Positions 28,783 through 38,784 are shown, counted from the stretch's first letter. The stretch is 64,000 nucleotides of DNA from Patescibacteria group bacterium (GCA_040388985.1 JAZKAU010000002.1:52570-116569); one strand, 5' to 3'. Notes: generated by a model not told the origin, from the letters alone. A program made the numbers and translations.

Positions 28783-29262
28783 GTGACTGAAAAATACCGA
28801 CGGAATGCAAATACCGCATGCAGGACCTGTCTGAAGCCAATTTATCGAAGACCATCTGAGGTAAAGTCTGGGAAGGTTTTCTGTAGTTCATTGTGCTACG
28901 GAGCGGCAAACCGCAAAGAGAAACCCTGCGTTATTTGTGGGAAACTTATTCTTGCTAGAGCAAATAAGAAGACTTGCAGCCGAGAGTGTGCTAATCGAAA
29001 CCGAGCAGGAATCAAGTACAAGATTGGGCGGCCGCGTGATAAGTCTAATACGATACGCACGATCAAGCTGCATCTCATCAATGAGCGCGGATCGGAATGT
29101 GAACGTTGCGGATACGACAAGCGAGAGATACTACACGTTCATCACAAAGACCGAGATCGCTCGAACAATGAGGTGTCGAATCTTGAGCTCATCTGTCCGA
29201 ATTGCCACTATGAGGAGCATTATCTGGAAAAAAGCTGGCTTGATGGTAGACTGACCTCCTAA
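28783..29262 (+). CDS. Zinc-finger HNH endonuclease directly upstream of tRNA-Ser
   Basis: CxxC and FCSxxC fingers, CERCG, HVHHKD...N...NL..ICPNCH; GTG start 6 nt after TATAAT. Confidence 0.88.
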   Translation: MTEKYRRNANTACRTCLKPIYRRPSEVKSGKVFCSSLCYGAANRKEKPCVICGKLILARANKKTCSRECANRNRAGIKYKIGRPRDKSNTIRTIKLHLINERGSECERCGYDKREILHVHHKDRDRSNNEVSNLELICPNCHYEEHYLEKSWLDGRLTS

Positions 29263-29266
29263 AGAA

Positions 29267-29352
<86 letters not shown>

Positions 29353-29397
29353 TAAATTAGAGACCAATTTGAAGGAGCAGATCGTCTTATCTAGACA

Positions 29398-29745
29398 ATG
29401 AACACAAACTACAACAGGCTCGCCAATGCAATGGTTTTCCTCCACCTTGTCTGGTTTGCAATAGGTATCGCAGCGTTGCCCTTGGTACTTAGCGTAGCAG
29501 CCTCACAGATTTTTATACGAGTGTTTGTAATCGGCACTGTTCTTTCGTGGATTATCTGGAAGGGTTGTGTCTTTAGAATCTGGGAAAATGACTTTAGGCG
29601 CCGTCACGATACGCGTACAGCGTACCAGGGCACTTTTTCATCTCATTACTTGAAGAGAACCTTTGGAATCTCAGTCCCTGACACCTTAGTAAGAATGAGT
29701 ATTTATATCTATCTCGCCTTGCTTCTACTACTATCGTTACGATAG
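29398..29745 (+). CDS. DUF2784-like membrane protein
   Basis: TM helices, LH..W and C....WE..FR pattern. Confidence 0.6.
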   Translation: MNTNYNRLANAMVFLHLVWFAIGIAALPLVLSVAASQIFIRVFVIGTVLSWIIWKGCVFRIWENDFRRRHDTRTAYQGTFSSHYLKRTFGISVPDTLVRMSIYIYLALLLLLSLR

Positions 29746-29824
29746 GCCGACCGAGAGACGGCGCCGACATATGTAGTACTCGCGATTCGGGCTCTTAAAA
29801 TCATGTTTAGGCTACAATGAACGT

Positions 29825-30655
29825 ATGAAAAAGCTTCTGATCATAGCCGATATGGAGGGGATCGCAGGTATCGGGCACGATGATTTCTGGTCGACCATCA
29901 AAGGCCACCCGCTGTATTACCTGAAGCGTCACTTACTTGTCGAGGAAGTGAACGCTGCTATAACTGGCGCTCTGAATGCTGGGTTATGGGCGGAGGAGAT
30001 CGTGGTCGCTGATTGGCATCTCACCAACTATAATTTCTACCAGAATGAACTGCCTCAAGGGGTAACGCTCGTGCGGGCTGGCGAAGAGAAATTCCTGAAA
30101 GAGGGCGCCGAGAAAGTATTTCTCGTGGGGTTTCATGGCGCTGTCGGAACACCACCTCGTCTTGCCCATAGTTTTAGCTATGCGATTAAGGAACTCATCA
30201 TTCATGGCAGTCCTGGAGGAGAGGCAACGATGTGCGCCTATATGGCCGGAAGCGCCGGAGTACCCGTCGCCTTGCTGTCAGGAGATGAGTTCGCTATCAG
30301 CGAGATACGGGACTTGGGAATGGATACCCTATGCATAGATACGAAGAGTCAGAGCAATACGATTTCTCCTGCACAGAAGCATGAAGAAATAACTCGTGCT
30401 TCAGAAGAGGTTTTCACCAAGAATATCCAGCCGCTCTTTTCTCCATCGCCATTCGTCGTCAAGTTTTCTTTCAAGTCTGCCAGCATGGCGCGACATCTTC
30501 CGAAAGAGTACTTTACCCGTCGAGAAGGCGAGTATTTCGTAATCGAAACGTCAACGGCGTACGAAGCGTACGAGGCCTTCCATATAAAAGTAGGCTCTTA
30601 TATGCGAAGCAGGTTTCTCGGCCATCGACTCCTGTCCATGTTCGAACGAACGTAG
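29825..30655 (+). CDS. M55 family D-aminopeptidase (DppA-like)
   Basis: ADMEG, EVNAAI.GA, DWH, VGFH, LAHS, SGD. Confidence 0.85.
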   Translation: MKKLLIIADMEGIAGIGHDDFWSTIKGHPLYYLKRHLLVEEVNAAITGALNAGLWAEEIVVADWHLTNYNFYQNELPQGVTLVRAGEEKFLKEGAEKVFLVGFHGAVGTPPRLAHSFSYAIKELIIHGSPGGEATMCAYMAGSAGVPVALLSGDEFAISEIRDLGMDTLCIDTKSQSNTISPAQKHEEITRASEEVFTKNIQPLFSPSPFVVKFSFKSASMARHLPKEYFTRREGEYFVIETSTAYEAYEAFHIKVGSYMRSRFLGHRLLSMFERT

Positions 30656-30744
30656 AGATTGGCTACTGCTTCAAGTAGTGCGCCGTGCACAGAAATAGTG
30701 TCTTCCCCGGCTCTACCTGACCACGGTCAGGGTATACTTTCATC

Positions 30745-31926
30745 ATGAAAATCAGGCGTGTGTATATCGGAGGATGGTTTCAGCGGACGACGCTTCACCT
30801 TTCCGAGATCTATGACTTCCTGCGCGAAGGAACGTCGGGACTTGAACTTGATCCGAAGAAGCTGAAGAGCCTCCAGAAGGCACTCGCTATCAAGTCGGTA
30901 GAACTGAAAGTCGACGGACTCGAACACATCGAGCTGGTGAGCTCGAACGGCATATCGCTCAAGGTGCACGAAGACGGCCTTATCGTGTTGCGGCGCGACT
31001 ATGGCATAGGCGACAACCTATCCGCTGACATCAAGATACTGACCGAATACTACGAGAAGAAGCTGTCGCCGGCCTTCAGTTATATCTTCAGCCTCGGCGC
31101 TCCGGTTCCGAAAGAGCTCGCGAACATAAAGACGGTGTATCCCTACTTCGTCGTCGTCGAAGACACGACGCGCGAGGAGATCACGAAGCTGATGGAGTCG
31201 TTCAAGGAGAAGAAATACTTCGAGGTTACGGGTAAGCGGTTCGACCTGTTCCGTGGTGACAAGTTCTACATCGTGGATATGAAGGAGGACCTCGGTCATT
31301 GCGAACGCTTCATCGAGGAGCAGATATTCCTGCGCGAATTCAAGGGACAGCTCCACCGCTATCTGAACCTGCACCGCATCATCTGGGAACGTATCGCGCA
31401 GGTGAAAGAACGAGGGAATATCAAGGGCGCCGATATCGGCGAATTCCGCGATAAGGTACAGGGATATGCCAAGACCATCAACCTCATCGAGGCGCGCATC
31501 AATCAGATGGGCACCTATCTGCACACGCGCGAACGCATCGTGAAGAGCGACGAGAATCTGACCAGTTTCCTCTCCTTGCTCGAATACCGGTACGAGACGC
31601 TCGGCGATACGCTCGACTACCTGAAGCAGATCTGGACTATGACGAAGAATTACGTGAACTCCGCGCTTGATCTCTTCTCGAGCCTCCAGGCGCAAGCAAC
31701 GCAGAACTCGGTCAAGAATCTCACCGTCGTTACGTCCATGGGCGTGGGCGCCACTCTCATCGGACTTTTCACTACTGACTCGATACCGAAATTCACGATG
31801 TTCGGCATAGCGTACTTCCTGGCGCTCGCGGCTATCGGCTATTTCGCGAACAAGACAACGAACTGGTTCTACGCGCGCAAGGCCTACAACATCTCGGACA
31901 TCGACTACGACAAGGACATCAAGTAG
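30745..31926 (+). CDS. Hypothetical protein with helical domain and two C-terminal TMs (CorA-like layout)
   Basis: 393-aa ORF with leaderless-type promoter; long helices then a TM pair; no GMN motif. Confidence 0.6.
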   Translation: MKIRRVYIGGWFQRTTLHLSEIYDFLREGTSGLELDPKKLKSLQKALAIKSVELKVDGLEHIELVSSNGISLKVHEDGLIVLRRDYGIGDNLSADIKILTEYYEKKLSPAFSYIFSLGAPVPKELANIKTVYPYFVVVEDTTREEITKLMESFKEKKYFEVTGKRFDLFRGDKFYIVDMKEDLGHCERFIEEQIFLREFKGQLHRYLNLHRIIWERIAQVKERGNIKGADIGEFRDKVQGYAKTINLIEARINQMGTYLHTRERIVKSDENLTSFLSLLEYRYETLGDTLDYLKQIWTMTKNYVNSALDLFSSLQAQATQNSVKNLTVVTSMGVGATLIGLFTTDSIPKFTMFGIAYFLALAAIGYFANKTTNWFYARKAYNISDIDYDKDIK

Positions 31927-31952
31927 TGACGGTGGCGCGCTTCGCGCGCCAC

Positions 31953-33128
31953 CTATTTTCGTCCCGTAAGCGCAAAGGCGTAGCGCAAGCCCCAAAGCAT
32001 CAGTACCGCAAGGATGAGGAAGCTCCACCTTAACGATATGGCTTGGAGCGCGAGCGAAGCGACTATAGCTGCCGCTATGTAGGTTGCCGGACGAGCGGCA
32101 CGGAAAAGGCTTATGGTATCAGCCAACGCGCCGTCTACATGCCTGAAGAAGTAGCTCTCGGTAGCAATCTCGGTGCATGCGGCGCCGATACGGCTCACGA
32201 AAAGGACAGCGGTCCAGAGTACGAACGATGGCGCGGTCAGGAACGGGATGACGGCGACGGCGCCCGCCATGAGCAGGAAGCCGACGATCATGATGAACTT
32301 CTCCGGCAGCTTCGTGTCGCTCATGCGCCCGAGCGGCAATTCGAGCAGCAGGAATGGCAGCAGCATGATGGCGAACATCGTACCTATCTGCGGCCAGGTG
32401 AATCCTATGTAGTTCGAAAGATAGAGCGGCGTATAAATGACCATCCATGCGTAGAAGAAGCGGAGGAGGAACTGGGCGACGACGACATGGTAGAGGGTCT
32501 GGTGCTTGAAGACATAGAGCGCGCTCTGCCAGAGCGTGCGCGGATGATAGCGGGCGTCATCGAACTTCCGGAGGTAGCCGACTATGGTTATGACTGCGGC
32601 GAACAGGAATGCGAGGGAGATGGTGTAGACCCGCCAGTATTCGTTGGCGATGAGCAGGAAGCCCACCAGAAACGGGCAGAGCACTTGCGTAATGTTCTGC
32701 ATGCTGAGGAACATGCCGCGTATGCCGCCGGTCGCTCCCTCATCCTTTATGGATTTCTCGAGGAAGATATCGAGATTGAGGTAAATGACCGGCGAGACAG
32801 CGATGAACAGGACGAAGGCCGCGATGACGACGTGGCCGCGACCGAAGCCCAAGCCCAGGAGCGCGAGCGCCTCGAGCGCGATATAGATAAGGATCAGGCG
32901 ATAGTTGCCGATGCGCTGCACCGCGCTCGCGAAGAAGGAGAAGAGACCGACGCTCACTATCGAGCCGATGATGTAGAGGAGGCTCAGACGCTCCGCATTC
33001 ACGTATGCGGAGAGGAATGTCGACGTTATGTATATGACGAGGAAATAGTGGAAGGAGACGAGAAGATTCGAAACGTATATGGCTATCCTTCCGGTTCCGG
33101 GCGCGCGCGATGACATGATGCTGAGCAT
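31953..33128 (-). CDS. MFS transporter
   Basis: About 12 TMs, PLGRMSD motif. Confidence 0.85.
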   Translation of the reverse strand: MLSIMSSRAPGTGRIAIYVSNLLVSFHYFLVIYITSTFLSAYVNAERLSLLYIIGSIVSVGLFSFFASAVQRIGNYRLILIYIALEALALLGLGFGRGHVVIAAFVLFIAVSPVIYLNLDIFLEKSIKDEGATGGIRGMFLSMQNITQVLCPFLVGFLLIANEYWRVYTISLAFLFAAVITIVGYLRKFDDARYHPRTLWQSALYVFKHQTLYHVVVAQFLLRFFYAWMVIYTPLYLSNYIGFTWPQIGTMFAIMLLPFLLLELPLGRMSDTKLPEKFIMIVGFLLMAGAVAVIPFLTAPSFVLWTAVLFVSRIGAACTEIATESYFFRHVDGALADTISLFRAARPATYIAAAIVASLALQAISLRWSFLILAVLMLWGLRYAFALTGRK

Positions 33129-33254
33129 AGCACGCTGTCCTCAGGTATGAAGAGAGAGACTTGTCAGAAAAGCTACTCCCTCTTCCTCCTATTGAGTTCA
33201 CAGTACGCGCATACGTGCCGTATCGTTGCTGGAATCGGGTGCTATCATGGCTGC

Positions 33255-33728
33255 ATGCCCCGAGAACCGCTCTTTAGCTGGGAAGGACAGGAATACTCGT
33301 TCGAGGAACGCGGTGCTGACTGGTATTGGGCGCTCGGAATCATCACGATTGCCGCAGTACTCGTCGCGATCCTCTTCAGTAACATCCTCCTTGCGCTCGT
33401 CATCCTTGCGGGCGCCGCCACCGTCGCACTCCAGGCGGCTAAGCACCGCCGCACGCACCGCTTCGCTATCTACGAGAATGGTCTCGCTATAGACGATAAC
33501 CTGTATCTATTCACCGACATGCAGGACTTCGCCATCCTCGAGTACCTCGACGAGACGCTGCCGCCTGCCCTTTCCATAAAGACCAATCATATCTTCGCGC
33601 CGCATCTCCTCGTCCCGATACACGACTATGATCCGATGGATGTCTACGACTATGTCTCGATACATCTTCCTGAGGGAATGCACGAGGAGACGCTGCTCGA
33701 TCGTCTGATAGCGCTTCTGCGATTCTGA
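33255..33728 (+). CDS. Conserved membrane protein
   Basis: W...EY...ER..DWYW plus two TMs; start moved to ATG 33255. Confidence 0.7.
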   Translation: MPREPLFSWEGQEYSFEERGADWYWALGIITIAAVLVAILFSNILLALVILAGAATVALQAAKHRRTHRFAIYENGLAIDDNLYLFTDMQDFAILEYLDETLPPALSIKTNHIFAPHLLVPIHDYDPMDVYDYVSIHLPEGMHEETLLDRLIALLRF

Positions 33729-33773
33729 TCAGGCTTGCGAATAGGCGCTAAGAACGGTACAGTCGGAAACGAC

Positions 33774-33845
33774 GCTCTCGTCGTTCAATGGATAGGACGC
33801 GACCTTGCGGAGGTCGTAATGATGGTTCGATTCCATCCGAGAGCA
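33774..33845 (+). tRNA. tRNA-Arg(GCG)
   Basis: Anticodon arm CGACC-TTGCGGA-GGTCG. Confidence 0.92.
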
Positions 33846-33902
33846 CCTTAGAAAGACAAAGGCCGCCACGTATGTGACGGCCTTTGTCTTTGGAGCGGAA
33901 CA

Positions 33903-34193
33903 CTATCTCATATGGAATACCGCCATGTCGCTGCGGCCGTTGGGATGATGCATAGTCGTGTGCAGCTCATTCCCACGTATCTCGAACCACGGATGTGCCT
34001 GCCTGCCGTCAGGATGATGCATGGTCGTGTACACCTTGGTGCCTCTGATCTCGTAGTCAGGGAGAGGCTTACGGCCAGCTGGGTTGTAGATGGTTGAATA
34101 GATGTGGCTCCCTCGTACTTCATACTGCGGATGCAGCGTATCGGCACCATGGGCACCGTAATGCGAGGTATATATCTTTGCGTTCGTCAGCAT
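33903..34193 (-). CDS. Small protein with 23-aa tandem repeats
   Basis: YEVRGSHIYST.., YEIRGTKVYTT.., FEIRGNELHTT.. repeats. Confidence 0.7.
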   Translation of the reverse strand: MLTNAKIYTSHYGAHGADTLHPQYEVRGSHIYSTIYNPAGRKPLPDYEIRGTKVYTTMHHPDGRQAHPWFEIRGNELHTTMHHPNGRSDMAVFHMR

Positions 34194-34252
34194 ATGCGTA
34201 TATTAGACTCGTCATGCCATTATACCCCCGAGATGCTATAGTCCTCTACGAC

Positions 34253-34324
34253 GCTCTCGTCGTTCAATGGATAGGACACTTCCCTCCGAAGGAAGAAATG
34301 CTGGTTCGATTCCAACCGAGAGCA
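34253..34324 (+). tRNA. tRNA-Arg(CCG)
   Basis: Anticodon arm CTTCC-CTCCGAA-GGAAG. Confidence 0.92.
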
Positions 34325-34374
34325 CCGGCATAAAAGAGAAAACCGCCGGCCCCTAGGGGCCGGCGGTTTTCTCT

Positions 34375-34647
34375 TTACGCTTTCTTCGTCGCTGCGCGCT
34401 TCACGTTCGCGGCAAGACGGGATTTCTTGCGACTCGCCGTATTCTTCTTGATGACTCCGCGCTTGGCGGCCTTATCGATTGCCTTGTACGCGGCCGAGAG
34501 GGACTCCCGTGCCTTCGCTGCGTCGGTCGTAATCGCCTTGGCGACGTCCTTGGTTGCGGAAGTAAGGACACGCTTGCGGCGCAGGTTGAATACGTGCTTC
34601 TTAAGCGACGCGCGCTGTGCCTTCTTTGCTGAAGTGGTAATAGCCAT
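34375..34647 (-). CDS. rpsT: 30S ribosomal protein S20
   Basis: SAKKA.R, IDKAAKRGVIKKNTASRKKSRL. Confidence 0.95.
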   Translation of the reverse strand: MAITTSAKKAQRASLKKHVFNLRRKRVLTSATKDVAKAITTDAAKARESLSAAYKAIDKAAKRGVIKKNTASRKKSRLAANVKRAATKKA

Positions 34648-34769
34648 ATGTGAGAGCATCGTACGCTAGAGAGCCCGTTCCTGCAAGCGGCTCGAGGCTC
34701 TGCCTGTGCCGCCTCGTCCCTGCTTATGCCGCCGTATTAAGGAAGACGTGCACCTGCTAGAATGACCCT

Positions 34770-35321
34770 ATGATCCGACAGATACGCGGCACGGTACTTA
34801 GCAATGAGCCGGGCGGCACCATCGTTGACGTGGGCGGTTGGGGCGTCTTCGTCTATATGGGCACGAGCGACATGCCGGTACCCGGCAGCCAAGTCTCTCT
34901 TCTCACCTATCTGGCCGTGACACAGAACGGCATCGACCTCTACGGCTTCACAGATCCCCTAGACCGCCGCTTCTTCGAGCAGCTCCTCACGGTTTCGGGC
35001 GTCGGTCCCAAGACCGCGCTCTCAATCTTGAATCGCGCTCCGCGCGAGGCGCTTGAAGGCGCGATAGCAAAGCGAGATATCTCGTATCTGACGCGCGTAG
35101 TAGGGCTCGGGAAGAAAGCTGCGGAAAAGCTCGCCGTCGAGCTTTCCGAGAAGATGGAACTTGGTAACGCTCCGCATGACGGCGCGGACGCGGAAGTCTT
35201 CGATACGCTCGTCGCTCTCGGCTATACCGAACGCGAGGCGCGCAAGGCGCTTGCGGGTATTCCGCTCCATGTTTCCGGGCGCGACGCGCGGCTTAAGGCC
35301 GCGCTCAGTAACGGTTCCTAG
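34770..35321 (+). CDS. ruvA: Holliday junction branch migration protein
   Basis: MI..IRG, LYGF, VSGVGPKTA, GLGKKAAEK, LVALGY. Confidence 0.95.
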   Translation: MIRQIRGTVLSNEPGGTIVDVGGWGVFVYMGTSDMPVPGSQVSLLTYLAVTQNGIDLYGFTDPLDRRFFEQLLTVSGVGPKTALSILNRAPREALEGAIAKRDISYLTRVVGLGKKAAEKLAVELSEKMELGNAPHDGADAEVFDTLVALGYTEREARKALAGIPLHVSGRDARLKAALSNGS

Positions 35322-35328
35322 TTTTCCT

Positions 35329-36597
35329 ATGTATCGACTCATCAACATCGTCGTCGGTATCCTGAAATCCATACTTCCGGACTGGCTCGTCCGTCCGCTT
35401 CTTCCCTTCTATCACCGGGTCCTGGCCTTCCTCCTCGCCTTTTCCTACGGTTTCCCAGCGCGCGGACTCACGGTCATCGGCGTCACCGGCACCAAGGGGA
35501 AATCATCTGTGTCCGACATGCTTTTCACCGTCCTGCGTCATGCGGGATATGCAGCGGCGGTCGCAGGCACGATACGATTCGCGATCAACGACGAATCGGA
35601 ACCGAACCTCTATAAGATGACGATGCCGGGTCGCGGCTTCATCCACTCCTTCCTGGCGCGCGCGCGGAAGGCGCACTGCACGCATGCGGTCGTAGAGATT
35701 ACGAGCGAGAGCGTTCGCCAATATCGCCATACGTACCTATATCTCAACGCCCTCATCTTCACGAATCTCCAGAAAGAGCATATCGAGTCTCACGGCTCTT
35801 TCGAGAATTATGCAGCGGCTAAGCTTGAGATAGGCAAGGAGCTCGCACGCTCGCCCAAACGTCCGCGCGCGATCATTGCAAACGCAGACAACCCGCATAG
35901 CGGTCCCTTCCTCGCGCTTCCCGTAGAGGATGTTCGTCCCTTCTCATATGGCGAGGCGAGGGACGTGAAGCTCGGTCCGGGCGCAGCGACGTTTACGTAC
36001 GAGAGCGTACCCTTCAGCCTCCACTTGCCGGGCAGCTTCAGCATCATGAATGCGCTGGCTGTAATAAAGGCTGCGCAATTCGTGGGAGTGCCGCTTCCGA
36101 CCATCAGCGATGCGCTCGCGCAGCTCAAGCGCATCCCCGGACGCACTGAGCGCATCGATGAAGGTCAGGACTTCCAGGCGATAGTTGACTACGCCCATAC
36201 GCCCGATTCCCTTTCCGCGCTCTACGAAGCGTATCCGGTCCGGAAGATATGCGTGCTCGGTAACACCGGTGGCGGGCGCGACACGTGGAAGCGGCCGGAG
36301 ATGGGTACGATCGCGGACGAGTCCTGCGACGAGGTCATCCTTACGAACGAAGACCCATATGACGAGGACCCTCGCGCGATTCTGGACGCCATGGCCGCCG
36401 GCATGAAGCGGACTCCGCGCATCATCATGGACAGGCGCGAAGCCATCGCGGCCGCGCTCGCGCTCGCGCGTCCGGGCGACGCCGTACTTATCACCGGCAA
36501 GGGTACCGATCCGTACATAATGGAAGCGAATGGCAAGAAGACGCCCTGGAGCGACGCTCGGGTAGTATCTGAAGAACTGAAAAAGCTGGGGATCTAG
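35329..36597 (+). CDS. murE: UDP-MurNAc-tripeptide synthetase (MurE-like)
   Basis: GVTGTKGKS, DYAHTPDS, GGRD..KRP.MG, EDP, GKG. Confidence 0.85.
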   Translation: MYRLINIVVGILKSILPDWLVRPLLPFYHRVLAFLLAFSYGFPARGLTVIGVTGTKGKSSVSDMLFTVLRHAGYAAAVAGTIRFAINDESEPNLYKMTMPGRGFIHSFLARARKAHCTHAVVEITSESVRQYRHTYLYLNALIFTNLQKEHIESHGSFENYAAAKLEIGKELARSPKRPRAIIANADNPHSGPFLALPVEDVRPFSYGEARDVKLGPGAATFTYESVPFSLHLPGSFSIMNALAVIKAAQFVGVPLPTISDALAQLKRIPGRTERIDEGQDFQAIVDYAHTPDSLSALYEAYPVRKICVLGNTGGGRDTWKRPEMGTIADESCDEVILTNEDPYDEDPRAILDAMAAGMKRTPRIIMDRREAIAAALALARPGDAVLITGKGTDPYIMEANGKKTPWSDARVVSEELKKLGI

Positions 36598-36723
36598 ACC
36601 GTATCTATAAAAGCTTCGGATGCGAGGCGCGGGTAGACGAAGAATGCAGGCGTACTGAACGTACGACGGAGTGATGAGTCGGGACCCGCAACAAAGCAGA
36701 TGAGGTTTTTAGACACGGTCTAG
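36594..36723. mobile_element. MITE-like palindromic element, divergent relative of family A
   Basis: Ends CTAGACCGTATCTA/TAGACACGGTCTAG; GATGCGAGGCG, CGTAC..GTACG and GCAGA shell; contains the murE stop codon. Confidence 0.6.
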
Positions 36724-36741
36724 GGCTGGTACTATGGCAAT

Positions 36742-37677
36742 ATGAAAAGCGACTTCGTCCTCTTCTTAGCGATCCTCATCTTCATATTCGTCCTCTGGCT
36801 CTACACGGGCGGGCCTACGCACCCGATATCCTTCGCAGGACCTTATCTCACACCCGTCACGACTAGCGGTGGACAGTCGCAAGCATACGGAAACCCGAGC
36901 GACCTCTCAGGCGGCTCGTTCCTGCATAGCCTGTCGAGCGGGTTCGGTAAAAGCGGAAGCCTCGGCGGAGATACGAGCGGAAGCTCGAATATCTCCTCTG
37001 TCCCTGCAGGCGATCAGTCGCCTTATGCGGGCAAGGTACATATAAACGGGGGCGATCCTTCCGCCACCTCAGTGCGACAGGAGTATCTTGCGCTCCAGTC
37101 AGCGTCGGGTTCCGGGAATATCAATATCACTGGCTGGCAGTTGGTGAGCACGCAGTCGGGAGCGCAGGCTGTGATACGTGCAGGCGAACGTATACCGGAC
37201 GTGAGCAGCGAAAGTTCCATCGTCCTCAATCCGGGAGACGAAGCTATTGTCACGACCGGACAGTCCCCCTATCGCAGCACGTCTTTTAAGGAGAATAAGT
37301 GCACCGGCTATCTTGATTCGAGTTCATACTCTCCGTCACTCTCGACGAGCAACTGCCCGGCTCCCATAGACGAGCTCGGGGACTTCTACTCTGGGAACGC
37401 TAATCATTATGACGACTGTGCCGACTATGTACGGACCCTTTCGAGCTGCCGAGTACCGGGTACCTCGCCCCAAGGCACGCCTTCATTCTGCAGGGACTTC
37501 GTCCGGGATCGCCTCGACTATTCCGGCTGCGTAGACGGACACAAAAACGATGCTGACTTCGTCGGCGACACGTGGCGCATCTACCTCGACGAGAACAAGC
37601 AGCTTTGGCGCAGCGACAACGATACTATCCGGCTGCTTGATCAGAACGGGAAGGTGGTAGACCAGTACTCGTATTAG
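36742..37677 (+). CDS. Membrane-anchored Cys-containing protein, lamin-tail-like
   Basis: N-terminal TM, EY..L...INITGW.L and DTIRLLD.NGKVVD.YSY. Confidence 0.6.
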   Translation: MKSDFVLFLAILIFIFVLWLYTGGPTHPISFAGPYLTPVTTSGGQSQAYGNPSDLSGGSFLHSLSSGFGKSGSLGGDTSGSSNISSVPAGDQSPYAGKVHINGGDPSATSVRQEYLALQSASGSGNINITGWQLVSTQSGAQAVIRAGERIPDVSSESSIVLNPGDEAIVTTGQSPYRSTSFKENKCTGYLDSSSYSPSLSTSNCPAPIDELGDFYSGNANHYDDCADYVRTLSSCRVPGTSPQGTPSFCRDFVRDRLDYSGCVDGHKNDADFVGDTWRIYLDENKQLWRSDNDTIRLLDQNGKVVDQYSY

Positions 37678-38507
37678 ATCTGGTAGGAATCAATGGCACG
37701 AGCAAGTAAGTCCCGCTTCTCGACGTGTTCTTTCCAGATACTATTAGATCGATTTCCGTTTACTCGCACACCGGGGGAGAAGTTGATTTCCTTTTGAAAT
37801 TTCAATAGTTCACTTTTTCCTGTTATAAGGACTTCATTTGGAAGAACGATATGTGCGTTGATATCTAGATCTGCGAGAAGTGACTGAACGATTGATAAAA
37901 TACGTATATTTTTCTGATATCCGCGCACCCTTCTTTTATTACGTGCTGGTCTAAAGTCCATGCAGCCCTCGTCATCGAAAAATGCTCTGAGGAATTCGCG
38001 TTTGCATTCTCTTGGCATTCTCTCTATTTCTTCCAGGAGTTCCTCAGCCTTCTTGAGAAGATAGGTGCCGAGAGCGACATTATTATATCCGATCTTAGTT
38101 ACCCCTGTGATGGGATTTACATATAGTTTTGGATCAAAGTCATATATACCTTTCATGAGAGTCCTTACTCGCTGTATGAGAGCTCCGCTTCGATTATTGT
38201 ATCTGCAGCCGCTTGAACTAAGCTCTCCGTCGAATATGAGATGGGCGACTAGTAGTACTAGCTGGGGACTCCAAGTACTAAATTCCTTGAACATTCGGAC
38301 ACTCTTTCCTTTTCTACTTAACGCAAATTCGCGCATTCTGTCTCCTGCTCTCTGCCGAATCGAATCTTTTCTCTCTGCTGACAGCGGCAAATCGCGTATA
38401 TACGAATATACTGTTGTTTTTGGACCTCCTGTGCGCTCAACTATTTCGGATAATGTATATCCTTCTTTCCTCAGCGCTACGCACACTTCTCTCAACGTAG
38501 TCTCCAT
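37674..38507 (-). CDS. HTH plus double LAGLIDADG endonuclease-like protein abutting tRNA-Lys 3' end
   Basis: LRKEGYTLSEI HTH; LVAHLIFDG and FLRAFFDDEG motifs; ATG at 38507. Confidence 0.85.
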   Translation of the reverse strand: METTLREVCVALRKEGYTLSEIVERTGGPKTTVYSYIRDLPLSAERKDSIRQRAGDRMREFALSRKGKSVRMFKEFSTWSPQLVLLVAHLIFDGELSSSGCRYNNRSGALIQRVRTLMKGIYDFDPKLYVNPITGVTKIGYNNVALGTYLLKKAEELLEEIERMPRECKREFLRAFFDDEGCMDFRPARNKRRVRGYQKNIRILSIVQSLLADLDINAHIVLPNEVLITGKSELLKFQKEINFSPGVRVNGNRSNSIWKEHVEKRDLLARAIDSYQI

Positions 38508-38508
38508 G

Positions 38509-38581
38509 TGCGCCCGGATGGGCTCGAACCATCGACCCACTGCTTAAAAGGCAGTTGCTCTACCGACTGAGCTACGGGCGC
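38509..38581 (-). tRNA. tRNA-Lys(TTT)
   Basis: Anticodon arm ACTGC-CTTTTAA-GCAGT; CCA not encoded. Confidence 0.95.
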
Positions 38582-38625
38582 ATGCCTTTAGATACTAGCA
38601 GACGATGGTTCTGATTTCTAGGATT

Positions 38626-38784
38626 CTAGTGCGTCATCTTATACGCCACCCAGATACCTGCCATGCCGCCGATAGCGCTCAAGAAGATGGAGGAGAATGA
38701 CAATACTCCCGCGCCCCATAGGTTCGGAATGAATCCGCCGATGGTGGAGCCTACGACGAGCCCGAGCCAGATCATTTGCTTCAT
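38626..38784 (-). CDS. 52-aa two-TM small protein (not in ORF track)
   Basis: MKQMIWLGLVVGSTIGGFIPNLWGAGVLSFSSIFLSAIGGMAGIWVAYKMTH. Confidence 0.7.
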   Translation of the reverse strand: MKQMIWLGLVVGSTIGGFIPNLWGAGVLSFSSIFLSAIGGMAGIWVAYKMTH

